From: Clostridiales bacterium
Lineage (GTDB): Bacteria; Bacillota; Clostridia; Saccharofermentanales; Saccharofermentanaceae
Direction of reading: 5' to 3'
DNA length: 64,000 nt
NCBI GenBank assembly: GCA_017513085.1
Contig: JAFWDK010000010.1
Location: 192,001-256,000, forward strand
Position numbers and translations under genes: made by a program. Below, in pieces: positions 1-10,427 of this stretch. Below the pieces are notes generated by a model, which was not told the DNA's origin, searched no databases, and saw nothing but the letters and a program-made list of their open reading frames with translations. Position 1 is the first letter of the stretch. Each line of letters begins with the position of its first letter.

Positions 1-1122
1 GTATTCCATGACATGAAGGAACCTCTGTTCTGGATCCACCTCAACATGGATTATCCTTTCAATCTTCAGGGTATCCTTTACTTTCCGAAGACGAACAATG
101 TCTATGAGACGCTGGAAGGCCGTATCAAGATCTACAATCACCAGGTTTTTGTTGCCGATAATATCGAAGAAGTTATTCCGGAATTCCTGTTCTTGCTTCG
201 CGGCTGCCTCGACTGCACGGATCTTCCGCTTAATGTATCCCGTTCGGCTCTCCAGCAGGATGAATATGTCAAGAAACTTTCTTCACACATCATCCGTAAG
301 GTTTCCGATAAGCTCAATGAAGTATTCAAGAATGACCGTAAGGCTTTCGAGGGATACTGGTCCGATATCAGCATCTTCGTCAAGTACGGTATGATGAAGG
401 ATGAGAAGTTCTATGACAAGGTTAAGGACATCTGCTTGTTTAAGACCGTAGATAATGAATTCTTCACGCTCAAAGAACTAACCAAGGATAAGGAAAAGGA
501 TACTGTCCGTTATACCAAGGCTCCGGATCAGCAGGCGGCTTATATTGCGATGGCGAAGGAGAAGGGCTTCGATGTTGTTGTTCTGAACGAAGAGCTTGAC
601 AACAACTTCATTTCTTTCCTTGAGTACAAGCAGAACGATGTGAAGTTCAAGCGTGTTGACGCTGAGCTCGAAGGCGAGAATGCTTCCGAAGATGAGGTAA
701 AAGCACTTGGTGAGCTGTTTAAGGCTGCTACGGCAGACGATAAACTTGAGGTTTCTGCGGTAGCGCTTGGCGCCGATCAGCTCCCTGCGTTTATACGTGA
801 AACTGAAGAAGCACGTCGTATGGCAGAAATGAGAAAGCAGTTTGAGGCGATGCGAACGGGTAAGGAAGATGATCCGTATAAGGATCTCGACTCCATGTTC
901 CCGATCAAGAAGGATCTTGTTTTGAATACGGATCATCCGCTGGTTCTGCGTCTGCGCGGTATGGCTTCTGTGGCAGAAGATAAGGAAAAACTGGATGCGC
1001 TTTGCATGCATCTTTATGATCAGGCGAGACTTGCGCATGGTTCTCTGGATGCGGAAGGTCTCAAGCGATTCCTGAAATATAACAGCGAACTTCTTACTGA
1101 AGTGGCGGAAAAATTGAAATAA
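1..1122 (+). CDS. htpG: Molecular chaperone HtpG (Hsp90), C-terminal part; 5' end lies outside the window
   Basis: Frame is open to base 1. Hsp90 middle-domain motifs are present (LFWIHLN.DYPFNLQGILYFP, IPEFLFLLRG.LD..DLPLNVSRS.LQ, FVKYG). Confidence 0.95.
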   Translation, partial: VFHDMKEPLFWIHLNMDYPFNLQGILYFPKTNNVYETLEGRIKIYNHQVFVADNIEEVIPEFLFLLRGCLDCTDLPLNVSRSALQQDEYVKKLSSHIIRKVSDKLNEVFKNDRKAFEGYWSDISIFVKYGMMKDEKFYDKVKDICLFKTVDNEFFTLKELTKDKEKDTVRYTKAPDQQAAYIAMAKEKGFDVVVLNEELDNNFISFLEYKQNDVKFKRVDAELEGENASEDEVKALGELFKAATADDKLEVSAVALGADQLPAFIRETEEARRMAEMRKQFEAMRTGKEDDPYKDLDSMFPIKKDLVLNTDHPLVLRLRGMASVAEDKEKLDALCMHLYDQARLAHGSLDAEGLKRFLKYNSELLTEVAEKLK

Positions 1123-1128
1123 AACCAT

Positions 1129-1166
1129 AAGATCCCGTTTTCCTTTGAAAAGGAAGCGGGGTTTTG
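1129..1166 (+). terminator. Intrinsic terminator after htpG
   Basis: Inverted repeat CCCGTTTTCC/GGAAGCGGG followed by TTTT. Confidence 0.65.
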
Positions 1167-1217
1167 TGATACCATAGAAACATTAAGGACAGATACAACA
1201 TTTTTGGAGGTTAGTTT

Positions 1218-4200
1218 ATGAGTAATCTGGTTCGAAGAATCTATTCGGAGAAGAAGAAAGAGTTCGCTGTTGAGGCGGCGGGACTGAAGAAGGATGTCTC
1301 CGCAGACTGCGGCGTCAAGACGATCGAAAGTGTGCGTGTTTTCCATAGATACGACGTTTCCGGTCTGAGTGATGAGGAATATGAACTGGCCAAGAATGTT
1401 GTTTTCTCGGAGCCGCCGGTCGATGTGGTTTACGATGAGACCATTGATGTATCTGATGCCGCCTATGTTCTGGCGATCGAGTCTTTGCCGGGACAGTATG
1501 ACCAGCGTGCCGATTCTGCGGCGCAGTGCTGCCAGATCCTGACGCAGAAAGAGAAGCCGCTGGTTCGTGTTGCACGTGTGATCGTGTTCTATGGTACAGT
1601 TACGGATGATCAGAAGAAAGCAATTGCGAAATACCTGATCAACCCGGTGGAGAGCCGTGAGGCGTCCATGGATAAGCCGGACACACTTGAGGAAGTTTTT
1701 GATGTTCCTTCTTCGGTACCTACGATCGAGGGCTTTATCTCCAAATCTAAAGAAGAGCTCTCTGGGCTTCGCAAGACATGGGGTCTTGCGATGTCGGATG
1801 CGGATATTGCATTTACACAGGAATTCTTCCAGTCGATCAAGCGTGATCCGACGATGACGGAGATTCGTGTTCTGGATACTTACTGGTCTGACCACTGCCG
1901 TCATACCACATTCCTTACCGAACTGACGGACGTCAAGATCGACGGCGACAGTGCTTTTGCTGAAGAATTGAAGAGCATCTACGCGAACTATCTGTCCACC
2001 AGAGAAGAGGTATATGGCGAGCGTATCACCAAGAAGCCGGTCTGCCTGATGGATCTGGCGACCATGGCGATGAGAAAACTGAAGAAAGACGGCAAACTTG
2101 CGGATCTTGATGAATCTGAAGAGATCAATGCTTGCTCGATCAAGATCCGGATCGATGTAGATGGTAAGCAAGAAGATTACGTTCTTATGTTTAAGAATGA
2201 GACACATAACCATCCGACGGAGATCGAACCGTTCGGTGGTGCGGCGACCTGCCTTGGCGGTGCGATCCGTGACCCGCTTTCCGGACGTTCCTATGTTTAC
2301 CAGGCTATGCGTGTGACCGGTGCCGGTGATCCGACAGTTCCGGTTTCCATGACTCTCGAAGGAAAGCTTTCGCAGAAGAAACTGGTTCGTACGGCTGCTG
2401 CAGGTTACAGTTCTTATGGTAACCAGATCGGTCTTTGCACGGGTCATGTTGATGAGATCTATCACCCGGGTTATGTGGCGAAGAGAATGGAGATCGGTGC
2501 GGTCGTTGGTGCTGCTCCGGCTGAGAATATCGTACGTGTTCGTCCGAGACCGGGTGACATCGTTGTCCTCCTTGGCGGACGTACGGGCCGTGATGGTATC
2601 GGTGGCGCTACCGGTTCTTCCAAGGCTCATGACGAGAAATCCGTCCTGACTTGTGGTTCGGAAGTGCAGAAGGGTAATCCGCCGACGGAAAGAAAGATCC
2701 AGAGATTGTTCCGTATTCCGGAAGTTTCTAAGATGATCCTTCGCTGTAATGACTTCGGCGCAGGCGGTGTTTCCGTTGCAATCGGTGAGCTGGCGGATGG
2801 TCTGGCGATTGATCTGGATAAAGTTCCGAAGAAGTATGAAGGACTGGATGGAACAGAAATTGCGATTTCCGAGTCTCAAGAGAGAATGGCAGTCGTGATC
2901 GATCCGAAGGATGAAAAAGCATTCTTCGATTATGCTGCTAAAGAAAACCTTGAAGCAACGGTTGTTGCGGTCGTTACGGAAGAACCGGTCATGAAGATGA
3001 CCTGGAAGGGCAACACGATCGTTGAACTCCCAAGAGCTTTTATCGATACGAACGGAGCATCTTCCTATGCGAAGGCTGAAGTTACCGAGCCGGATTTTGC
3101 TAACGGTATTATCGATAAGACAACGGATGCTTTTGTAAATGGCGATTTTGCCGCATCCTTGAAGGCGTCTTTGTCTTCTCTGGACGGCTGCTCGCGTAAA
3201 GGTCTTGTTTCCCGTTTTGACGGAACGATTGGTGCCGGCACGGTATTGATGCCTTTTGGTGGACGTTATCAGTTGTCTCCGGAAGAAGGTATGGCCTGCA
3301 AGATTCCGGTTGAAGAAGGAAAGACCAACGCCGTTTCCGTTATGGCTTATGGTTTTGATCCGTATTTCTCCGAGTGGAGCCCGTTCCATGGCGCTTACCA
3401 TGCTGTGACGGAATCTCTTTTACGTCTGGCTTGCCTCGGATGTGATCCTTTTGCGGCAAGACTGACTTTCCAGGAGTATTTCGAGCGTATGGCCGGTGAA
3501 AAGTCATGGGGCAAGCCGTTGTCGGCTTTGCTGGGTGCTTACCAGGCACAGCTTGACTTCGGTACAGCGTCTATCGGTGGTAAGGATAGTATGTCCGGTT
3601 CTTTTAATGAATTGCATGTTCCGCCGACGCTTGTTTCTTTTGCGGTAGGAATGACTACTACAGATAAAGTGGTTTCTTCTACGCTTTCTTCTGCGGGTGA
3701 GAAACTCTATGCCATCGCGATCAAGCGTGATGCGAACGGTCGTTATGTAAAAGAGCATGCGATCCGTGTCATGAAGTGTCTGACTCAGATCCAGGATCGT
3801 GGCCAGCTCCGTTGTGCAGGTGTGGTTCGTTCTGCGGGTATTGCGGCTCGTGTAGCACAGATGTGCTTCGGTAATAAGCTGGGCTTTGCTTTCGCGGATG
3901 GTATTGATATGGAGTCGCTCTTTAAGCATTCTTTCGGTACGGTACTGCTTTCCGTAAGCGACGGAAATGCTGTCGATAAGATCGAGCAGGTCGGCGGTAA
4001 GCTCCTCGGTAAGACTACAGCGGAGCAGACACTGGTTTGCGCCGGTCAGTCTATTACCGTAGACGATGCGATCGCTGCTTTTGTCGGCAAACTTGAGCCG
4101 ATCTTCCCGACGATCGTAGATGAGGGTGATGCGGTTTCTTATGAGAAGGGTGATTATGCGAAAAATGCTATTACTGCGCCGTCGATCCTGACCGGTGCGA

Positions 4201-5000
4201 AGCCGAAGGTATTCATTCCTGTCTTCCCGGGTACGAACTGTGAGTATGATACTGCTTTTGCCTTCTCGCGTGCTGGTGCGGAGCCGGATGTTATGGTTAT
4301 CCGTAACCGTAATTCCCAGGAGGTTGAGGAGTCCTTCAAGGAGATGAGCGAACGGATCAGAAAAGCGAATATGATCATGATCCCGGGTGGTTTCTCTGCC
4401 GGTGACGAACCGGAAGGATCCGGTAAGTTTATCGCTGCTGCTTTTAGAAATGCCGGCGTGACGGAGTCTGTAAGAGATCTCCTGTTTAACAGAGATGGTC
4501 TGATGCTGGGTATCTGCAACGGATTCCAGGCGCTCATGAAGCTTGGTCTTCTCCCGTATGGCGATATCCTGCCGCTTGAACACGATGGCCCGACTCTGAC
4601 ATTCAATAACATCGGACGTCACCAGAGTGCTTATGTTTCGACAAAGATCGTTTCTAACAATTCTCCATGGCTGTCCTTTACGAATGAGGGTGATATCCAT
4701 GAGATCGCTATCTCGCATGGTGAGGGCCGCTTCTGCGGATCTGAGGCTCTGCTTCGTGAACTCTTTGCTAAGGGTCAGGTAGCTACCCAGTATGTAGACG
4801 ATCAGGGTAACCCGACTATGGATACCGCATTTAACCCGAATGGTTCCATGTGCGCAATCGAAGGTATTATCAGCCCGAATGGACGTATCCTCGGTAAGAT
4901 GGGTCATAGTGAACGTATGGGCAATGGTGTTGCGAAGAATATTCCTGGTCAGAAGGATCAGAAGATTTTCGAGGCCGGTGTCCGGTACTTTATCGGATGA
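1218..5000 (+). CDS. purL: Phosphoribosylformylglycinamidine synthase (large fused PurL)
   Basis: 1260 aa with YWSDHCRH, KNETHNHPT.IEPFGGAAT, and a glutaminase domain (FPGTNCE, GICNGFQ, MGHSER). GGAGG RBS. Confidence 0.97.
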   Translation: MSNLVRRIYSEKKKEFAVEAAGLKKDVSADCGVKTIESVRVFHRYDVSGLSDEEYELAKNVVFSEPPVDVVYDETIDVSDAAYVLAIESLPGQYDQRADSAAQCCQILTQKEKPLVRVARVIVFYGTVTDDQKKAIAKYLINPVESREASMDKPDTLEEVFDVPSSVPTIEGFISKSKEELSGLRKTWGLAMSDADIAFTQEFFQSIKRDPTMTEIRVLDTYWSDHCRHTTFLTELTDVKIDGDSAFAEELKSIYANYLSTREEVYGERITKKPVCLMDLATMAMRKLKKDGKLADLDESEEINACSIKIRIDVDGKQEDYVLMFKNETHNHPTEIEPFGGAATCLGGAIRDPLSGRSYVYQAMRVTGAGDPTVPVSMTLEGKLSQKKLVRTAAAGYSSYGNQIGLCTGHVDEIYHPGYVAKRMEIGAVVGAAPAENIVRVRPRPGDIVVLLGGRTGRDGIGGATGSSKAHDEKSVLTCGSEVQKGNPPTERKIQRLFRIPEVSKMILRCNDFGAGGVSVAIGELADGLAIDLDKVPKKYEGLDGTEIAISESQERMAVVIDPKDEKAFFDYAAKENLEATVVAVVTEEPVMKMTWKGNTIVELPRAFIDTNGASSYAKAEVTEPDFANGIIDKTTDAFVNGDFAASLKASLSSLDGCSRKGLVSRFDGTIGAGTVLMPFGGRYQLSPEEGMACKIPVEEGKTNAVSVMAYGFDPYFSEWSPFHGAYHAVTESLLRLACLGCDPFAARLTFQEYFERMAGEKSWGKPLSALLGAYQAQLDFGTASIGGKDSMSGSFNELHVPPTLVSFAVGMTTTDKVVSSTLSSAGEKLYAIAIKRDANGRYVKEHAIRVMKCLTQIQDRGQLRCAGVVRSAGIAARVAQMCFGNKLGFAFADGIDMESLFKHSFGTVLLSVSDGNAVDKIEQVGGKLLGKTTAEQTLVCAGQSITVDDAIAAFVGKLEPIFPTIVDEGDAVSYEKGDYAKNAITAPSILTGAKPKVFIPVFPGTNCEYDTAFAFSRAGAEPDVMVIRNRNSQEVEESFKEMSERIRKANMIMIPGGFSAGDEPEGSGKFIAAAFRNAGVTESVRDLLFNRDGLMLGICNGFQALMKLGLLPYGDILPLEHDGPTLTFNNIGRHQSAYVSTKIVSNNSPWLSFTNEGDIHEIAISHGEGRFCGSEALLRELFAKGQVATQYVDDQGNPTMDTAFNPNGSMCAIEGIISPNGRILGKMGHSERMGNGVAKNIPGQKDQKIFEAGVRYFIG

Positions 5001-5818
5001 TGAATAAACAGGAAGTTCTGTCTATCTTGGAGCAATATGGTCTTTCGGCCACAAAAAGCCTGGGACAGAACTTTTTGTGCAATCCGGATGTGATCGGCAG
5101 GATCCTGGAACTTGCAGAGATTTCGGATTCGACGCGGGTTCTGGAGATTGGACCCGGTATAGGAGCGCTTTCGGAAGAGGCGGTTTCCCGTGCCGGAAAA
5201 TACGTGGCCGTGGAGATCGATAGATCTTTCTTTGAAAGATTGTCTGCAATCATTGATTCTTGCGGCGGACGTGTGATCTACAGCGACTATCTTCAATTTG
5301 CGCCATCTGATTTAGATCCGTCAGAGGTGCCGGATGTAATCATTTCCAATCTTCCTTATTATGTCATGACGCCGATCATTCTGAAGGTGTTGGCAGATTT
5401 TCCGGAGTGCCGGAAGATGGTATATATGGTTGAAGAAGAAGCTGAAGCAAGGATCTTCGCTAAGCCGGGGACCAAGCAGTATGGACCGCTTGCGGTGCTT
5501 ACTGAGCTTTTTGGAGTGAAAAAGAAAGAATTTATTGTTGACCGCAATAGTTTCGTTCCTCCACCGAACACGACGTCGGCCGTGATTACGATTACACGTC
5601 GCGAGGGGCTTTCGTGGAAGAACGGATGGAGCAGATTTGTGGAGAGTGCTTTTGCTTTACGAAGAAAGACACTGGTCAATAGCCTGTCTGCTGCCGGTAT
5701 TTCCGATAAAGTGAAGGTGGCCGGGGCGCTTCGGGAGATGGGACGTCAGGAAACGGCCCGTGCGGAGGAACTCGGCCCCGATGAGTTTGTCCGGTTATAT
5801 GAGATCTTAACGAAATGA
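4997..5818 (+). CDS. rsmA: 16S rRNA adenine dimethyltransferase RsmA/KsgA
   Basis: KSLGQNFL, VLEIGPGIG, SNLPYY, RRKTL motifs. Confidence 0.95.
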   Translation: MMNKQEVLSILEQYGLSATKSLGQNFLCNPDVIGRILELAEISDSTRVLEIGPGIGALSEEAVSRAGKYVAVEIDRSFFERLSAIIDSCGGRVIYSDYLQFAPSDLDPSEVPDVIISNLPYYVMTPIILKVLADFPECRKMVYMVEEEAEARIFAKPGTKQYGPLAVLTELFGVKKKEFIVDRNSFVPPPNTTSAVITITRREGLSWKNGWSRFVESAFALRRKTLVNSLSAAGISDKVKVAGALREMGRQETARAEELGPDEFVRLYEILTK

Positions 5819-5822
5819 AAGG

Positions 5823-6329
5823 ATGGCAATGATCATGGCATATGAGCGTTTAACCGATTCTTTGTTTGAGAAGTATACGAAATCCGATGAGAAGAAGAGT
5901 AAGCCAAAGGCTAAATCTTCGAAGAAAAAGAAGGATTCACCTTCCATGGGCGAGTATATTCAGCTTCCTCGTGAGGACCCTTCTAAGGCAACTAAAAAAA
6001 CGAAAAAGGGTGATGGTGCTTCGGAGAAGGGTTATCCGCAGAGTATCTACGTGAAGATTGCAGGAATGAATTATCGTTTTTCCGTGGATTCTTCCGTGGA
6101 AAAGGCGAAGACAATGTATACGGCGAAGATCGCCAACGATCTTCTGAATGAGACGCTTGAGGAGAATCCTTTGATTCCGACCAATCAGGCTTTGATACTT
6201 GCGTATATGGAGGCTTGCTTCCGCTGGCAGAACCTTCTTCATGGAGGTGAGGAGGAGAAAAAGCCGGCGCCGCTTCTGCCTTTAGAACAGTATTGTAAAG
6301 AGAACAACATTCCTATGGAGGAGTTATGA
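5823..6329 (+). CDS. Hypothetical protein with a ZapA-like C-terminal half and a lysine-rich N-terminal extension
   Basis: V.IAG.NY segment followed by helices ending in ALILA resembles ZapA. It occupies the zapA-U32-dut position seen in Clostridia. Confidence 0.5.
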   Translation: MAMIMAYERLTDSLFEKYTKSDEKKSKPKAKSSKKKKDSPSMGEYIQLPREDPSKATKKTKKGDGASEKGYPQSIYVKIAGMNYRFSVDSSVEKAKTMYTAKIANDLLNETLEENPLIPTNQALILAYMEACFRWQNLLHGGEEEKKPAPLLPLEQYCKENNIPMEEL

Positions 6330-8785
6330 GAAAACCGGAATTACTGGCACCTGCAGGTTCAATGAGTATGCTTCGCGCAGCTGTCGATGCCGGAGCGGAT
6401 GCGGTCTATCTTGGGCTGAATCAGTATAATGCGCGTATTCATGCGACGAACTTTACTTTGGAGAATCTTTCCGAAGCCTTGGAGTTTGCCCATCTTCGTA
6501 ATACGAGAGTTTATGTGACATTAAATACGCTGGTCGATGACGATGAGATCATTGATGCGGTGGAACTTGCCATGTCTGCCTATGAGAAAGGTGTTGATGC
6601 TTTTCTGGTGCAGGATATCGGTCTTGCGTCTTACCTTGCTGAGCATCTTCCGCAGATCCCTGTGCATGCCAGTACACAGATGAATGTCTTTTCCATGAAA
6701 CAGCTACAGGAAATGCGCGATTTTAAGATCAGTCGTGTTGTTCTTCCTCGTGAGCTTTCTCTGGATGAGATCCGCTCACGTGCGGCTCTATGGCATAGTG
6801 ACGATGTTGAGGTTGAGGTCTTTGTTCACGGCGCTATGTGCGTATGCTATTCCGGGCTTTGTCTTTTCAGTAGCATGAACAAATCAGGATCCCGATCTGG
6901 TAACCGTGGTGCCTGTGCCCAGCCTTGCCGTCAGAGTTATCAGATCTTCGACGGAAACCGCGAGATCGAAACGTATGGCAAACCGCTGCAATCTGGTAAA
7001 CTTCTTTCGCCTAAGGATCAATCGGCATTGCCATATCTTCGTGAACTTATGGAAGCCGGCGTGGATTCTCTTAAGATCGAAGGACGTATGCGCGATGAGA
7101 ATTACTGTACTGCGGTCGTTTCCGCATACCGTCGCATGATCGATGCGATTGCAGAGGATCGCGATACCCAAGAAGTAATGGATCAGGTAAAGAATGATCT
7201 TCTTGTTACGTTTAATCGCGGAGGCGATTTTACGACGCAGTATTTGCAGGGAAAGAAAGGTCCGGATTATCTGTCCGGAGAATATGCCGGAAAATACGGC
7301 CTTTATTGGGGTGAGGTCCTCTCGGTGAATCCTAAGCTCGGTACGATCAATGTGCGTTCGTGGCAGCAGGATGTACCGGAAAAAGGTGATTTCCTTTCTA
7401 TACGGGAGAAGGAGAATGAAGTGGCCAGCTTCCCGATCGGTAAAATCGAAGTTTCCAGAAACTCAGCTCTGGTCAAAGGTCTTCATCCGGATGCGATAAC
7501 TAAACTTAAGCAGGGAATGTCGGTTTACCGGATGAGTAAGCATATCACGGTTTCAAAAGAACAGGTCAGAAGAACTCCGGTTTCCGGTGTTCTTTCTAAG
7601 CATGATGACAAGATCGTTCTGACTCTGAAAGTCACTGAAGGTTTATTTTCCGGCGTAACAGCGGAACATGCTGTCGATGTTCAGGATCTGGGCGATGGGG
7701 CACCTCTTTCTTGGGAAAGAACCATGGATCAGTTGAATAAGACGGGTCAGACACCTTTCCGGCTTTCAGGGCTTGATATGGAAGGGGATTTTCCTATAAG
7801 CCTTCGTATTTCCAGCGTGAATGAACTCCGGAGATGTGCGATGGGAAAGATGGCAGAAGCAATTCTGGATGCATCTTTGGAAAACAGGAGCAGTGCTTTT
7901 GCTGAAGAAGGTGAGACGGAAGAGAACGGGCGGACGGCTCCTGAGAAAAAGCATATCGTGATCGCGGATTACATCGATATGGACCGTATCACGGATGGAT
8001 ATGCCTGCGGTGCCGATCTTTATGTTTTTTCCGTGCTTTCGGTACTGAAGTCCGGACGGATCGGCTGGATCGATGAATTGCTTTCGGAAGAGCCGGGAGC
8101 AAAGATCGCGCTTCGTTTGCCGGGGGCATATAAAGATGAAATGCTGCCGAGTATTGAAAAAGCGTCTGATCTTCTGATGACGCATGCAGGCAAGCGGTTT
8201 GCCGGGTTCTTCGGTACGTTCGCCGATGAGGAGACGATAGGCCTTCTTGCGGGTACGAACATTTATAATCATTTCTCCTATGAGTATTCGTTAAAGCAGG
8301 ATGTGGAGTATATCCTGCCTTCCTACGAGCTTACTAATGAGCAGATCGTGAGAATGGCGCAATTGACCGGCCCGGATAAGAAGACGGCGTATCTCGGTGT
8401 ACACCGTTACGGTCCGGTGGAATGGATGCAGTCTGAATTCTGTCCGCTCGGCAGGCATCAGAAGAACTGTTCATTGTGCCGTGAGCATCCTGAGGTTTCT
8501 TTGGGTGAGAAGATCACGGAGAAGGGAGCTATGCATAACGACTCCAGAGTGGATGTGGTTTGTTATCCCGGTTTCTGCAGAAGTGATCTTTTCGGAACAT
8601 GCAAAAACATGATCAGCGCGAAGACCGTGCAATCGTTGTTGAATCAGCAGGTTCCGGTTGCGTCGGTAGCCAGATTCATGAATGAGGATCAGATGGAGAG
8701 AAGATCGATCGTTGATTCGCTTTTGGATATTGGCGGAGACGATGAGGAATTCTACGAGGAAGGTGAGGACTGGTATGAATATTGA
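6326..8785 (+). CDS. Peptidase U32 family Fe-S protein (RlhA/TrhP-like RNA hydroxylase, long form)
   Basis: PELLAPAG, GADAVYLG, HASTQM, cysteine motif C.CYSG.C...RGACAQPCR, SLKIEGR. Confidence 0.9.
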   Translation: MRKPELLAPAGSMSMLRAAVDAGADAVYLGLNQYNARIHATNFTLENLSEALEFAHLRNTRVYVTLNTLVDDDEIIDAVELAMSAYEKGVDAFLVQDIGLASYLAEHLPQIPVHASTQMNVFSMKQLQEMRDFKISRVVLPRELSLDEIRSRAALWHSDDVEVEVFVHGAMCVCYSGLCLFSSMNKSGSRSGNRGACAQPCRQSYQIFDGNREIETYGKPLQSGKLLSPKDQSALPYLRELMEAGVDSLKIEGRMRDENYCTAVVSAYRRMIDAIAEDRDTQEVMDQVKNDLLVTFNRGGDFTTQYLQGKKGPDYLSGEYAGKYGLYWGEVLSVNPKLGTINVRSWQQDVPEKGDFLSIREKENEVASFPIGKIEVSRNSALVKGLHPDAITKLKQGMSVYRMSKHITVSKEQVRRTPVSGVLSKHDDKIVLTLKVTEGLFSGVTAEHAVDVQDLGDGAPLSWERTMDQLNKTGQTPFRLSGLDMEGDFPISLRISSVNELRRCAMGKMAEAILDASLENRSSAFAEEGETEENGRTAPEKKHIVIADYIDMDRITDGYACGADLYVFSVLSVLKSGRIGWIDELLSEEPGAKIALRLPGAYKDEMLPSIEKASDLLMTHAGKRFAGFFGTFADEETIGLLAGTNIYNHFSYEYSLKQDVEYILPSYELTNEQIVRMAQLTGPDKKTAYLGVHRYGPVEWMQSEFCPLGRHQKNCSLCREHPEVSLGEKITEKGAMHNDSRVDVVCYPGFCRSDLFGTCKNMISAKTVQSLLNQQVPVASVARFMNEDQMERRSIVDSLLDIGGDDEEFYEEGEDWYEY

Positions 8786-9269
8786 GATCTATATTGAAAA
8801 GATCTGTGAGGATGCGGTGATTCCGGCCTATGCACACGATGGAGATGCCGGTATGGATCTTTATAGTGTGGAAGATGTGATCATTGAACCGGGGCAGACT
8901 GTTCTTGTTAAGACCGGTCTCAAGATGGCCATTCCGAAAGGATACGAAGTCCAGGTACGCCCGAGAAGCGGTATTTCGTTAAATACACCGCTTCGTATTC
9001 CGAACAGCCCTGGAACGATCGACAGCGGATATAGAGGAGAAGTCTGTGTGATCATGGAAAATACTTCTCCTTTGGAAAGCAAAGTCGAGGGACAAGTGCT
9101 TTCGCTGAAGGAAAAGGGTAACCAAAAGGGTACTTATAAGATTTCAAAAGGTGACAGGGTCGCCCAGATGGTCGTGGCCGCATATGCATCTGCCGCGTTT
9201 CAGGAATGTAAGGATGTTTCCTTGATCGGAGAAGACCGTATGGGCGGATTTGGTTCTACAGGCGTGTGA
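8775..9269 (+). CDS. dut: dUTP diphosphatase
   Basis: AGMDL, RPRSG, GTIDSGYRGE, RMGGFGSTG. Start placed at ATG 8775 after a GAGG RBS. Confidence 0.95.
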   Translation: MNIEIYIEKICEDAVIPAYAHDGDAGMDLYSVEDVIIEPGQTVLVKTGLKMAIPKGYEVQVRPRSGISLNTPLRIPNSPGTIDSGYRGEVCVIMENTSPLESKVEGQVLSLKEKGNQKGTYKISKGDRVAQMVVAAYASAAFQECKDVSLIGEDRMGGFGSTGV

Positions 9270-9394
9270 GTAGCCGGCTTTTCTTCGTGAGTAGTCAATT
9301 TGCCCTTTGCATGATAAAATAGTATGATTGCTGAAAGGTATATGATCGTGCAGTTTCAGCCTTTCTTAATCATCTTATGTTGTGAGGAAAAAGA

Positions 9395-10414
9395 ATGTAT
9401 CATCAGGGATTGACCAAACGAGAAGGTAAAAGACTTTCGTTTTCAAAACTGATCGTGCGTATGGCACTGATCCTGAGTATCCTGGCAGTTATTGTCGTTT
9501 CCGTTATCGTAATTACTGCTTCGACGGCGAACCATCTCATGAGTATCGATAAGAAGCCGATGAGTAATATTCCGGCAACGATCCTGCCGAGTTATTCTGC
9601 GACGAGCTTTACATCTGCAGATGATCAGACTATTCTTTCCGGTTGGTTTTTTAAAACGGAAGATCCAATCAGTACAGTTATAGTTGTGCATGACACGCAG
9701 TCCAACCGTGTTCCGTTCGGCGTGGAAATGGTTGACTTGATCGATGACTTCATAAGCATGCATTTCAATGTATTCCTGTTCGATATGAGAAATTCCGGTG
9801 AATCCGAAGGTGTGATCTCGGGTTATGGATATCTGGAGTGGCAGGATGTGCTTGGCGCAATCAAGCATGTAAAGAAGATTTCGGTAACTACGGACGTGAT
9901 CCTCTATGGGATCGGATCAGGCTGCAGTGCCTCGCTTCTGGCTTTAGACCGCTTGCCGCCTTCTTCCGAAGCCGAGGTCCTGGAACAATACAGTAAGAAT
10001 ATCGTTGATCTGGGATTTGATGCGTCCTATGTAGCCGGTGTGATCTTTGATTCTCCGGCGAAGAACTCGGACGACTATATCACGCCGTACGTATTCAAAG
10101 AGTCGAAATTTGCTTTTTTGACGCAGTATTTCGTCCCGTATGCGATACGTATTTCTGCCGGTGTATCGGATAATGTCAATCTGGCCACAGAGATCTCCCG
10201 ACTTCCTATTCCTGTCTGTATTATATATGGAGGACGAGATACGTTTGTCGGTGCGGAAAAAGCCGGTCAGATCGTCTCCGAACGTTTGCGTTTAAATCCG
10301 AATACAACTATGGCGAAGATGTTTTCCGGTGCCGGATATGTGGAGTCTTATATGATCGACCCGGTCGAGTACCGTAACACTATCAAAGAATTTCTAAACA
10401 CCTATTTCAAATAA
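9395..10414 (+). CDS. Membrane-anchored alpha/beta-hydrolase-fold protein, catalytic residues apparently lost
   Basis: N-terminal TM helix; LSGWF, FDMRNSGES.G, EWQDV.GAI, DSP motifs. Nucleophile elbow reads GIGSG. Confidence 0.8.
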   Translation: MYHQGLTKREGKRLSFSKLIVRMALILSILAVIVVSVIVITASTANHLMSIDKKPMSNIPATILPSYSATSFTSADDQTILSGWFFKTEDPISTVIVVHDTQSNRVPFGVEMVDLIDDFISMHFNVFLFDMRNSGESEGVISGYGYLEWQDVLGAIKHVKKISVTTDVILYGIGSGCSASLLALDRLPPSSEAEVLEQYSKNIVDLGFDASYVAGVIFDSPAKNSDDYITPYVFKESKFAFLTQYFVPYAIRISAGVSDNVNLATEISRLPIPVCIIYGGRDTFVGAEKAGQIVSERLRLNPNTTMAKMFSGAGYVESYMIDPVEYRNTIKEFLNTYFK

Positions 10415-10427
10415 AAGGAGTCGTTTC

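Noticed and set aside
1020-4907. Long minus-strand ORFs (793 aa and 467 aa) opposite purL
   Set aside because: Antisense shadows of a codon-biased gene, with no RBS or recognisable motifs.
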